Origin: Cyanobacteria bacterium J06626_4
GTDB taxonomy: Bacteria > Cyanobacteriota > Cyanobacteriia > Phormidesmidales > Phormidesmidaceae
Length of the DNA: 64,000 nucleotides
Assembly: GCA_038523235.1 (NCBI GenBank)
Contig: JBCBJQ010000007.1
Span: 58,192-122,191, forward strand
Direction of reading: 5' to 3'
Made by a program: the position numbers and the translations under genes. The notes beneath the pieces are model-generated. The model was not told the DNA's origin. It searched no databases and worked only from the letters and a program-made list of their open reading frames with translations. This document shows, piece by piece, positions 1 to 9,555 of the stretch (the stretch's first letter is position 1; each line of letters opens with the position of its first letter).

Positions 1-2391
1 AAAAATGATTTTTATCTGGCGCTCGCCTTTGTGGTGCGCGATCGGCTAATGCCGCGGTGGCTCTACTCCCGGCGCAACTACCTGCAGCCCGAGACACGCA
101 TCGTTTCCTATCTGTCGGCGGAATTTTTGCTGGGGCCCCACCTAGAGAACAATCTGATCAACTTGGGCGTGCAGAGTCAGGTGCGCCAAGCCATTGAGGA
201 ATCGGGCCTAGACTTTGATGAGCTCGTCGCCCAAGAAGAAGAACCCGGTTTAGGCAACGGCGGCTTGGGCCGCTTAGCCGCCTGCTATATGGATTCTCTT
301 TCCAGTTTAGAAATCCCTGCGCTCGGGTACGGCATCCGCTATGAATTTGGTATTTTTGACCAGCAGATTCGCGATGGCTGGCAGGTCGAAATCACCGACA
401 AGTGGCTGCAGTTTGGCAACCCCTGGGAAATTGCCCGCCCGTCGATGGCGGTCACCGTCAAGTTTGGCGGTCACACCGAAGCCTATACCGACAACCAAGG
501 TCAGTACCGAGTGCGCTGGGTGCCTGACCAAATCGTCAAAGGCATTCCCTACGACACGCCGATTTCGGGCTATCAGGTCAACACGGTGAACACCCTGCGG
601 TTGTGGAAGTCGGAAGCGCCAGAATCCTTTGATTTTCAGACTTTTAACGTGGGTGATTACTACGGCGCGGTCGACCAAAAAATCGTGTCAGAAAACATCA
701 GCAAGGTACTCTACCCCAACGATGAGCAAGTGCAAGGCAAAGAGCTGCGCCTGATGCAGCAGTTCTTCTTTGTCTCTTGCGCGCTGCAAGACATGATTCG
801 CATTCACCTGCGCAGCGGTCGCCGGTTAGACACATTCCATGAAAAGTTCGCGGTGCAGCTCAACGACACTCACCCCGCAGTCGGGGTGGCTGAGCTCATG
901 CGATTACTGGTCGATGAGCACCATATGGCTTGGGATCCCGCCTGGGAAATTACCCGCCAGACCTTTGCCTTTACAAACCATACGCTGCTGCCCGAGGCCC
1001 TAGAAAAGTGGTCGGTTGATCTGTTTGGCCGCATTCTGCCGCGCCATTTGGAAATTGTTTACGAAATCAACCGTCACTTCCTCGATCAAGTGCGGCTGCG
1101 GTTTATGGGCAATGAAGATCATCTCGCCAGCCTCTCACTAATTGACGAAAGCGGTGGTCGCTCGGTGCGCATGGCTAACTTGGCTTGTGTCGGCAGCTAT
1201 TCGATCAACGGGGTTGCCGCGCTGCACACTGAGCTGGTGAAATCCACCATTTTGAAGGATTTCTACCTGCTCTCACCAGAGAAGTTCAATAACAAAACGA
1301 ACGGCGTCACCCCCCGCCGCTGGATGGTGCAGAGCAATCCGCGCCTCGCCAATTTAATCTCGAGCAAGATTGGCGATAACTGGATCAAACATCTGGACGA
1401 CCTGCGGGGCCTAGAAACGTTTGCTGATGATGCCGGCTTCCGTCATGAATGGCGGCAGATTAAGCTTTCCATCAAGCGTGATTTAGGCACTCACATTCGT
1501 CAGGCGACTGGCATTGTGGTGAATCCAGAATCGATGTTTGATGTGCAGGTCAAGCGGATTCACGAATATAAGCGGCAGCACCTCAACGTACTGCACATCA
1601 TCACCCTCTATAACCGCATCAAGGCGAATCCCAACCTCGACATCACGCCGCGCACCTTTATTTTTGGCGGCAAGGCGGCCCCCGGCTATGTGATGGCGAA
1701 GCTGATGATTAAATTCATCACCTCAGTGGGCAGCGTGGTCAACAACGATCCCGACGTGCGCGATCGCCTCAAGGTGGTCTTTTTGCCCGACTACAACGTC
1801 ACCTTTGGCCAGCGCGTGTATCCGGCGGCAGAGCTGTCTGAGCAGATTTCGACCGCGGGTAAAGAGGCTTCCGGCACCGGCAACATGAAATTTTCGATGA
1901 ATGGGGCGCTGACCATTGGCACGCTCGATGGGGCCAACGTCGAGATTCGCGACGAGGTCGGGGCCGAAAACTTCTTCCTCTTTGGTCTGAAAACGGAGGA
2001 AGTGGCTAGCCTCAAGGCGCAGGGCTACAACCCCTACGATTACTACAGCAGCAATGAGGCCCTCAAGCAGGTGCTCGATTTGGTCGCATCGGGATACTTC
2101 TCCCACGGCGATACAGAGCTGTTCAAGCCACTGCTAGATAACCTGATGTATCAAGATCCCTTCCTGTTGCTGGCTGACTACCAGTCCTACATTGACTGTC
2201 AAGATCGGGTTAGCCAGGCCTATCAAGACCAAGACAATTGGACTCGTATGTCGATTTTGAATGCGGCGCGAACCGGTAAGTTTTCCAGCGATCGCTCTAT
2301 TCGCGAATACTGCGAAGACATCTGGAAGGTTAAGCCCCTACCGGTCACGATAGATGACTACGACCAGGCTAAAGCCGGGTTGAACCTGTAG
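1..2391 (+). CDS. glgP: Glycogen/starch phosphorylase, 5'-truncated by the window edge
   Basis: Motifs LGNGGLGRLAACYMDS, QLNDTHP, QVKRIHEYKRQ and the PLP-lysine motif EASGTGNMKF. The frame is open back to position 1. Confidence 0.97.
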   Translation, partial: KNDFYLALAFVVRDRLMPRWLYSRRNYLQPETRIVSYLSAEFLLGPHLENNLINLGVQSQVRQAIEESGLDFDELVAQEEEPGLGNGGLGRLAACYMDSLSSLEIPALGYGIRYEFGIFDQQIRDGWQVEITDKWLQFGNPWEIARPSMAVTVKFGGHTEAYTDNQGQYRVRWVPDQIVKGIPYDTPISGYQVNTVNTLRLWKSEAPESFDFQTFNVGDYYGAVDQKIVSENISKVLYPNDEQVQGKELRLMQQFFFVSCALQDMIRIHLRSGRRLDTFHEKFAVQLNDTHPAVGVAELMRLLVDEHHMAWDPAWEITRQTFAFTNHTLLPEALEKWSVDLFGRILPRHLEIVYEINRHFLDQVRLRFMGNEDHLASLSLIDESGGRSVRMANLACVGSYSINGVAALHTELVKSTILKDFYLLSPEKFNNKTNGVTPRRWMVQSNPRLANLISSKIGDNWIKHLDDLRGLETFADDAGFRHEWRQIKLSIKRDLGTHIRQATGIVVNPESMFDVQVKRIHEYKRQHLNVLHIITLYNRIKANPNLDITPRTFIFGGKAAPGYVMAKLMIKFITSVGSVVNNDPDVRDRLKVVFLPDYNVTFGQRVYPAAELSEQISTAGKEASGTGNMKFSMNGALTIGTLDGANVEIRDEVGAENFFLFGLKTEEVASLKAQGYNPYDYYSSNEALKQVLDLVASGYFSHGDTELFKPLLDNLMYQDPFLLLADYQSYIDCQDRVSQAYQDQDNWTRMSILNAARTGKFSSDRSIREYCEDIWKVKPLPVTIDDYDQAKAGLNL

Positions 2392-2416
2392 ATCCAATCA
2401 TCACACTCCCTTCTTT

Positions 2417-2450
2417 AGCGTCTCGGGGCGATCGCCCCGAGACGCTTTTT
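2417..2450 (+). terminator. Intrinsic terminator of glgP: perfect 30-bp palindrome centred on HIP1
   Basis: AGCGTCTCGGGGCGATCGCCCCGAGACGCT (2417-2446) is its own reverse complement and is followed by TTTT, about 25 nt after the glgP stop. Confidence 0.8.
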
Positions 2451-2521
2451 CATGCGTCCGAGTCTTGGATCACCCGAGTGAACAGCAGTCACGGTGGCCT
2501 AATACCAATTCGCTGAATTTA

Positions 2522-2583
2522 GACTACACATCCCAAAAAGTGTGTAGCCCCCTTCGACAAGGGGGCAGCGACAGCGGGGGATC
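2522..2583. repeat. Cyanobacterial small dispersed repeat (SDR/REP-like hairpins)
   Basis: A CTACACA...TGTGTAG hairpin, then CCCCCTT-CGAC-AAGGGGG and GGGGGATC, between convergent genes. Confidence 0.45.
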
Positions 2584-2629
2584 GCCGACCGGTAGCGCTA
2601 TTTTGCAGAACTGATACAACTCAACGCCT

Positions 2630-3334
2630 TCACGGCAGTAAATAGGGCAGCCACTGATCGACCACTGTCGGCGAACCATACCAGGCAATCCCCGGCTTAG
2701 GCGAATGGTAGACCTGCTCCAGCACAATATTGTTCGCCTTCGCCAAATGAGCCGCCGCAATGGGCGTAATGCCATCGCCCCAACAAGCCCCTGCGCCCGC
2801 CGTCAGTTTGTAGCTGTTGTAAGTAAACCAGGTGCGCCAGCGCTGCCCAAACACCGCTTTGCCCGCGACGCACACATACTTCACTTGGGGATGATAAGTG
2901 CCGGGATAGGTGTCATTCACAAAGTCCAGGTTGAGGCGAGTCCACCGCTCTTGGCTGATGTGCGGCGTGCCCAGCGTCAATAGCGTGTTGACCCGCTGAT
3001 GCCCCGACCAAACATTGGGCCGATCGCGGTCTTTGGCATGCACGTCGTAGGGCCTGTCTCCCAAATAAATTCGCGCAATCCAGCCACCCGCCGAATGGCC
3101 AACCAGGTTGACTTGATCGCTGCCAGTAGCTGCCAGCGCTTGCTCGACGGTCTGGGCGATCGCCTGCAAAATCGGCTGCACCGAGCGCCCGCCAAAGGTG
3201 GGCAACCAGCTGGCCTGGGTCAACGGCACCGTTTTTGCCCAAACGCCTCGCGCCTGCAAGTCGGCCTCTAACCCTCGGTAGGGGCCAGCTCCCGCAAGAT
3301 ATCCCGGAATAATCACCGTCGGCGACGTCATCAA
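2630..3334 (-). CDS. Alpha/beta-hydrolase (lipase/esterase, PGAP1-like)
   Basis: IIPGY oxyanion motif, GHSAGG nucleophile elbow, TLGTPH, and WGDGITP...H. Confidence 0.85.
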   Translation of the reverse strand: MMTSPTVIIPGYLAGAGPYRGLEADLQARGVWAKTVPLTQASWLPTFGGRSVQPILQAIAQTVEQALAATGSDQVNLVGHSAGGWIARIYLGDRPYDVHAKDRDRPNVWSGHQRVNTLLTLGTPHISQERWTRLNLDFVNDTYPGTYHPQVKYVCVAGKAVFGQRWRTWFTYNSYKLTAGAGACWGDGITPIAAAHLAKANNIVLEQVYHSPKPGIAWYGSPTVVDQWLPYLLP

Positions 3335-3434
3335 TCATGCTCAAAATAGCTGCTCCCTTATTATTGGTGGGGTAGGTGCCTTTCTCGCAATGCCAGCAAG
3401 CCGAGCACTGGCGATAACACTCCGACACCAGGGA

Positions 3435-5072
3435 CTATACCGGCACAACGGGCCGCTCTGATGCAGGAAAGTACTCTGTAGCGTTATCCAAGTGTTTGAG
3501 CAAAGTGGCTTTGGGCAGCGGCCCTTGAATGTGATCCCAAGGCAGCACCTGATCGGGCTCCCAATTTTCGTGCACATAAAACGCTAGCGGCGGCAATTGT
3601 CCCTTCAGCTCTTTAAACGCACGTTTATAGCTGCCAAGAGAATCGCCAAACTCACGCGCCTGTAGCAGCAGCGGCGTTAGGCGGCGATCGCCCCGCGAAA
3701 TCAACGCTTGAATGATCGACCAGTTATAGCTTTCGGGGCGAAAGTCGATGCCTTTGGGACGCAAACGCTTTTGCAGTAGTTTCAATCGCTTTTCGGCCTG
3801 GCGATTGACGCCATACCACTGAAACGGCGTATGGGCCTTGGGCACAAACGTGCTGCAGCCCAGCGTCAAACGTAGCCCCGGTGCCACCTTTTTGAGTTGC
3901 AGCATCAGCTCAGCAGTGGTTTCCAGATCTTCCGGCACTTCCCCCGGAATGCCCGCCATGCCGTAGAGCTTCAGCGCACTCAATCCACCGGCTTTAGCAT
4001 TCACGGCAGCGGCCAGAATGTCGTCGGTTTCGAGCTTTTTATTGACAATTTGGCGTACTCGCTCGGAGCCGCTTTCGATCGCGATCGTGATGGACTTAGT
4101 GCCGTGACGCGTCAGCGTTTCTGTGAGCTTGGGCTTGACCGTATTCGTTCTCACCGAGGCCAAGCTCAGCCGCACGTCATCGAATTGCGGCTGGTTGAGA
4201 TAGTCGAGCAGTTCGTCAAAGTCGGGATGCTGCGTGACAGAAGCCCCCAGCAGTCCAAGCCGATTCGTCACGGCCACGCCTTTTTCCACTGCAGGGATCA
4301 GGCCTCCGGCCACAGGCGCAGTGCGAAATGGCAGGGTGAGATAGCTGGCCAGGCAAAAGCGACACATCTCTGGGCAGCTGCGCACGACCTCCACCATGTA
4401 GATGTTTTCCCAAGCCGCCTTTGCCGTCACGACGGAGGAAGCTGACAGGGTGTTGCCGCGATAGGTTTGCTTTTGCAGCACAGCAGGAATATCAGCAGCA
4501 ATGGGCGAGACTGCGATCAGGGGGCCGGTGGCGCTGGCATAGGTGGGCTCATAGAGTGAGGGCACATAAATGCCCGGCACTTGCGCCAGCTGTTTGAGTT
4601 GAGTGGCGCGATCGCAATCTCGCACCGTTTGATAGGCATCAATAAAGGCATCCAGCACTACCTCGCCATCGCCCAATAGCAGCACGTCAAAAAATGCCGC
4701 AAATGGTTCCGGGTTGGCCGTCAACACCGGCCCGCCGCCAAACACTAGCGGATGCTCATTGCTGCGATCGGTCGATTCAATGGGAATCTGCAACGATTCC
4801 AACATCGACAAAATGTTGGCATAGTCGAGTTCCCACGACATCGAGAAGCCCAGCAGTTCAATAGGGCTCGGCAAAGATTCGTGGATATCGGTAAACCAGC
4901 GTGAGACCGCTAGATCAGAACGTTGTGCCAGCATCGCCCAAATGATCTGATAGCCCAAGCTGGTGATGCCCACGCTGTACTCATTCGGAAAGGCAAACAC
5001 CACCGAGGTCGCCGTGCTGCTCGGGGTGGCGGGGGTGAATAGTAATCGTTCGGCATGAAAGGGCGCAGTCAA
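3435..5072 (-). CDS. Radical SAM protein with N-terminal B12-binding-like domain, function unknown
   Basis: CPEMCRFC (CxxxCxxC), FPNEYSVGITSLGYQ, GGPVLTANPEP and FVPKAHTPFQW. Start inferred at TTG 5072; the ORF is open to 5123. Confidence 0.85.
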   Translation of the reverse strand: MTAPFHAERLLFTPATPSSTATSVVFAFPNEYSVGITSLGYQIIWAMLAQRSDLAVSRWFTDIHESLPSPIELLGFSMSWELDYANILSMLESLQIPIESTDRSNEHPLVFGGGPVLTANPEPFAAFFDVLLLGDGEVVLDAFIDAYQTVRDCDRATQLKQLAQVPGIYVPSLYEPTYASATGPLIAVSPIAADIPAVLQKQTYRGNTLSASSVVTAKAAWENIYMVEVVRSCPEMCRFCLASYLTLPFRTAPVAGGLIPAVEKGVAVTNRLGLLGASVTQHPDFDELLDYLNQPQFDDVRLSLASVRTNTVKPKLTETLTRHGTKSITIAIESGSERVRQIVNKKLETDDILAAAVNAKAGGLSALKLYGMAGIPGEVPEDLETTAELMLQLKKVAPGLRLTLGCSTFVPKAHTPFQWYGVNRQAEKRLKLLQKRLRPKGIDFRPESYNWSIIQALISRGDRRLTPLLLQAREFGDSLGSYKRAFKELKGQLPPLAFYVHENWEPDQVLPWDHIQGPLPKATLLKHLDNATEYFPASERPVVPV

Positions 5073-5514
5073 GGACGAGTATCTCCGTATTGGCAGGATG
5101 TCAGGGAAATTGGCGTAAGGCACAGTCCTTTACAGCCTAGACCAATCTTCGGGAATCACGGAAAAACTGAGGGCGCTCATCGACCCGGTATTTGCCCCAC
5201 CGGCCGACACGGTGAATTGCTGTCAATCACGACACCTACGCTGATGCGATGAAACAGCGACGAAGCCGAACTGCGGCCCTCAGCCCGGCTGATTTGCGGA
5301 CTTTACGGCTAACGGCTAACTTCTAGCTCTGGTCAAATGCACGGTTCCACTTCATTGGTGCTTTAACTAACATGACAAGGTATATACGTATCTGTCTCTG
5401 AACGGGTTTACAGCGTCCGCACTGACTTCAGAGCCGGTGAATTTCACGTTTTTTCATACTTTATCAATACTTCAGGACTCTCTTGAGCGTGTCTGAAAAG
5501 GTAATCCTCAACTT

Positions 5515-6573
5515 ATGCAGCAGACCCCTAACAACGTGGTCGAACGACTACTTTTAGAAAAAACTGTGGTCGCGTCTCGCGACGAACTCATTCGGCAATC
5601 GCTCACTGCAGAGCAGCACAAGTGCCTCTCTGCCGAGGCGCGTCAGTGGCTTAAGCAAGGCGCGGCCCAGCAGCGCCAGGGCAATATGATGGCGGCCTTT
5701 GCCGACTTTCAAAAAGCCCTGCAGGCGTTTCAGACGTTGGCGCAGGTACGCTCTGAAGCCAAGGTGCTATCGGTAATGGCGCACCTCTGCTATAGCCTGG
5801 CAGATTATCTATGGGCGGTGGATTATGCTCGTCAAGGGCTGGAGTTGGCCCACCAGTTGTCGGACAAGACGCTCTTGCACCAAGCGCTGAGCTGTTTGGG
5901 CAACAGCTATCGCCATCTCGGCGATTTAGAAAAGGCCCAAAATTGCATGTCTCAGAGCTTAAGCCTCGCCCAGGAAATGGGGGATATCGAGGCCGAAATG
6001 CGCTCTTTGGGAAATCTCGCACTGATCCATCGAGTGTCTGGCGAGTCTGAAAAGGCCGTCGTGCTTTACGAGCGCAGCTTGCAATTGGCCGAAACCCAAG
6101 ACGACACGGCAACGCTAGAGCACATCTTGAGAAACTTGGGCAACGCTTATCATGCGCTGGGGGACTCACAGAAGACGATTGTCTACTATGATCGCCTGCT
6201 CCGACTCTCCCGCGATCGCATGGAAATCGTCGTGGTTAATAAAATCCTTCGCAATCTCCACAGTGCCTGCTACGCGATCGGTGATTACAGCCGAGCGGTG
6301 GTTTATTTACAAGAGCGGCTACAGCTCGTGCGGCGTTTACAAGACCTCAGGGGTGAAGCGCAAACCCTAGAAAGTCTTGCCATTAATTACGATATCTTAG
6401 GCGAAGTCAGCAAGGCGCTGCAGGCACGAGAAGATCGACTAAAAGCAACGATGAAACTGCAAGATCCGCAGCTCCAGCGCCAAGCCCTATCGAGTCTTAA
6501 GGTGGCCTGCATTGCGCAAGGCGATTTTGAACGCGTCAAGCGCTATCTCGACTATCTGACGGAATCGATTTAG
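5515..6573 (+). CDS. Tetratricopeptide repeat protein
   Basis: Repeated ~40-aa units of the type LGNxYxxLGDxEKA...SLxLA. Confidence 0.85.
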   Translation: MQQTPNNVVERLLLEKTVVASRDELIRQSLTAEQHKCLSAEARQWLKQGAAQQRQGNMMAAFADFQKALQAFQTLAQVRSEAKVLSVMAHLCYSLADYLWAVDYARQGLELAHQLSDKTLLHQALSCLGNSYRHLGDLEKAQNCMSQSLSLAQEMGDIEAEMRSLGNLALIHRVSGESEKAVVLYERSLQLAETQDDTATLEHILRNLGNAYHALGDSQKTIVYYDRLLRLSRDRMEIVVVNKILRNLHSACYAIGDYSRAVVYLQERLQLVRRLQDLRGEAQTLESLAINYDILGEVSKALQAREDRLKATMKLQDPQLQRQALSSLKVACIAQGDFERVKRYLDYLTESI

Positions 6574-7119
6574 CAGCTTTCCCAGCATTGATGTGCCTGG
6601 CATCGCTCGACCGAGCGTTGATGACAGCCGCCAGCACGACCGGGCAAAACGCTGCTCTGTTGGGCCAAATCGGCATGGTCTAATAGCGACTCTCTCAGCA
6701 GACGACACATGCTCCCCCACGGCTTACCGACATTGCTCAGATAGTGGGAGTCCAACCACTGAGAACCCTGAGAATTAGCCTGACCCAGCCCCTGAGACTG
6801 ATCGCTAGAGGGGTCGGAAACTGGGACCGCAGGAATCCGTAAATCTAGGTAATGTCATTCAAAATTTGGGTAAACCTAATCGCTATTGACAGGGTGAACT
6901 TCTCAGCACCACTGGGTATCCTCTGTTAGCATACGCTTGTCTAAAGGTTCATCGGTTGGAGCAATCTGACCTCAGACATCATACGGCTAACAGTTGCATG
7001 TCTGCCGAGTCTCCATGATGTGCCAGCGGGGTGTAAGCCCCGTCAACAGACAAGAAGCCCCAGGCGTGCTGTCTTTAAATTAAGCCAAGTCGTATTTTTA
7101 AGTTCAAAGAGGATGCCTT

Positions 7120-8283
7120 ATGAAAGCCATGGTTCTGGCCGCTGGTAAGGGGACTCGGGTTCGGCCGATCACCTACACCATTCCGAAGCCGATGATCCCC
7201 ATTCTGCAAAAACCCGTGATGGAGTTTTTGCTGGACTTACTCAAACATCATGGCTTTGACCAGATCATGGTGAATGTAAGTCACCTGGCCAATGAGATTG
7301 AGGGTTATTTTCGCGATGGTCAGCGCTTTGGCGTTGAGCTAGCCTATTCCTTTGAAGGCCGCATTGAAGACGGTCAGCTAGTCGGCGATGCGCTCGGCTC
7401 GGCTGGCGGCATGAAAAAAATTCAAGAATTCTCGCCGTTTTTTGACGACACGTTTGTCGTGCTGTGTGGTGACGCCCTCATCGACCTCGACCTCACCGAA
7501 GCCGTTCGTCAACACAAGGCTAAAGGGGCGATCGCCACAGTGGTGATGAAGTCTGTGCCCCTGAAACAGGTACCCAGCTATGGCGTGGTGGTGACCGATG
7601 ACGACGGGCGAATCAAATCTTTCCAAGAGAAACCCAAGGTTGAAGAGGCACTGAGTACTGATATCAACACGGGCATCTATATTTTTGAGCCCGAGATTTT
7701 CAACTACATTCCCGCGGGTATGGAGTATGACATTGGGGGCGATTTATTCCCGAAGCTGGTGGCTGCAGATGCACCGTTCTATGGCATTCGGATGGACTTC
7801 GAGTGGGTTGATATTGGTAAGGTGCCGGACTATTGGCAGGCGATTCAAGATGTCATGACCGGTCAAGTGAAGCTGGTTGACATCCCTGGTGAAGAGGTCA
7901 AACCCGGCATCTTTACCGGCTTAAACGTCAAGGTCAATTGGGACAAAGTAGATATTCAAGGGCCGGTGTATATCGGCGCGCGCGCCCACATTGAAGATGG
8001 CGCTAAAATCGTTGGTCCCACGATGATTGGGCCTAACTGCTTGATCTGCAGCAATGCCATTGTCGATCGCAGCGTCATTTTCGAATATTCGCGGATTGGC
8101 TCCGGCGTGCGCCTAGTCGATAAGCTCGTGTTTGGTCGCTATTGTGTAGACAAAACCGGGGCCTCGATTGACATGCAGCAGGCGGCATTGAACTGGCTGA
8201 TCACTGACATTCGTCAAGCCGAATTGGCGAAACCGCCAATTGAGCATCATGAAATTGCTGAACTCATGGGCCAGCAGCTCTAG
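7120..8283 (+). CDS. cugP: Cyanobacterial NDP-sugar pyrophosphorylase (UTP-glucose-1-phosphate uridylyltransferase, CugP type)
   Basis: MKAMVLAAGKGTRVRPITYTIPKPMIPILQKPVMEFL, FQEKP and a C-terminal left-handed beta-helix. GAGGA RBS. Confidence 0.8.
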   Translation: MKAMVLAAGKGTRVRPITYTIPKPMIPILQKPVMEFLLDLLKHHGFDQIMVNVSHLANEIEGYFRDGQRFGVELAYSFEGRIEDGQLVGDALGSAGGMKKIQEFSPFFDDTFVVLCGDALIDLDLTEAVRQHKAKGAIATVVMKSVPLKQVPSYGVVVTDDDGRIKSFQEKPKVEEALSTDINTGIYIFEPEIFNYIPAGMEYDIGGDLFPKLVAADAPFYGIRMDFEWVDIGKVPDYWQAIQDVMTGQVKLVDIPGEEVKPGIFTGLNVKVNWDKVDIQGPVYIGARAHIEDGAKIVGPTMIGPNCLICSNAIVDRSVIFEYSRIGSGVRLVDKLVFGRYCVDKTGASIDMQQAALNWLITDIRQAELAKPPIEHHEIAELMGQQL

Positions 8284-8474
8284 AGGCTGTCATCATTTAG
8301 CGGCTGAGTCTTTATGCTGAAAGCGGTTCAGCCTCTAGCTAGTTTTACGGGGCGGGCGCGATAATGCCCATATCGTAAGGCTTTCGAGTTTAATTGATGA
8401 CGCGCCCTAGGGTCGTTCGGCAAACCATGGATCGCTTATTGCCAAGTTAACCCACAACTTTCTCTGAATCCCTG

Positions 8475-8504
8475 AGGGGACGCGCTCCATCGTGTCCCCT
8501 TTTT
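8475..8504 (+). terminator. Probable terminator or REP-like hairpin downstream of cugP
   Basis: AGGGGACGCG-CTCCAT-CGTGTCCCCT followed by TTTT. Confidence 0.5.
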
Positions 8505-8675
8505 ATTGGTCACATTGTTCTGAACTAAAGAAAATCTTCCAGTCTGGGGGCAATGTTGGGGCTGAGCGCGCGACGTCAATCGATTATCTTAGGGGGGTTC
8601 TACATGACCGGAGTTGTGTAGACGAGGGGGCCGTTTCAATGATTTCAGCGATCGCCGTTTGAGGAGATAAATACC

Positions 8676-9008
8676 ATGGCCGATACCGCTACATACGTTA
8701 CGCTGACCGATGAAAATTTTGCCGGTGAAGTTCTTCAAAGTGATGTGCCAGTCGTCGTCGATTTTTGGGCGGCGTGGTGCGGCCCTTGCAAACTGATGAA
8801 TCCGATTATTGATGGATTGGCAGCGGATTTTGCCGGCAAGGCCAAATTAGCCAAGATCAATATTGACGATCATGAGGAACTCGCCAGTCAGTATCACATT
8901 ATGGGTGTGCCGACCCTGCTCTTCTTTAAAGATGGCAATCTGGTCGAGCGCACTGAAGGCGTTCTGGCTCAAGGCGCGATCGCGGACAAAATTAATACCT
9001 TGCTTTAG
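8676..9008 (+). CDS. trxA: Thioredoxin
   Basis: VDFWAAWCGPCK active site and GAGGAG RBS. Confidence 0.92.
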   Translation: MADTATYVTLTDENFAGEVLQSDVPVVVDFWAAWCGPCKLMNPIIDGLAADFAGKAKLAKINIDDHEELASQYHIMGVPTLLFFKDGNLVERTEGVLAQGAIADKINTLL

Positions 9009-9441
9009 AGCAAGTCATCCCAATTGTGGCCCAACGCTTGGCCGTCAGGCCTGACGGCACACACACCATTAACTAGGGTGTGAACGTGGGGCGCTGCCAG
9101 CCAACCGCATCAAACCAGTGCCCGATCCCCACAGCCATCAATCGCCGATGAGCCAGTGCTGACATTGCTACCTGGTTTTACCGGTCAAGACCACTGTCGG
9201 CCTGTAGGGAACAAGGGAGCCATCGTGTCATGTCTGCAAGCATGACTGACCGCGATATCTTTCCCCTGTCGAATGGCCAACAACTCGTCATGCTGTTAAA
9301 AGCACCAGGGTCGCCTGATACCGATTCTCTTCAACCAGACTATCGCTCTGGCTCTCCAGCCTACGGGCTGCTTGATGTTGCCTAGATGACCTTGGGTGAG
9401 CATTTTGACCGCAGTCGCCAGTGCGGCCAAGCCAGGGCTAC

Positions 9442-9511
9442 GGCCACTTTGCTCAGGCGCTAAGCAATAAAGTACTCCTAAGGGGTTCTCAATAAAGTGG
9501 CCAGCGCGATA
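9442..9511. repeat. REPIN-like dispersed element, copy A (GGCCACTTT-N~42-AAAGTGGCCAGCGCGATA)
   Basis: Aligns with 19832-19900 in the same orientation and with 11356-11435 with the core inverted. Confidence 0.75.
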
Positions 9512-9555
9512 GTTCACCATCAAGTGGGTTCATTGACTCAGGGCGAGTAGGGTAC

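Noticed and set aside
2398..2412. Yfr1-like sRNA motif (TCACACTCCC)
   Set aside because: Does not match ACTCCTCACAC and lies in the short glgP 3' UTR with no separate promoter.
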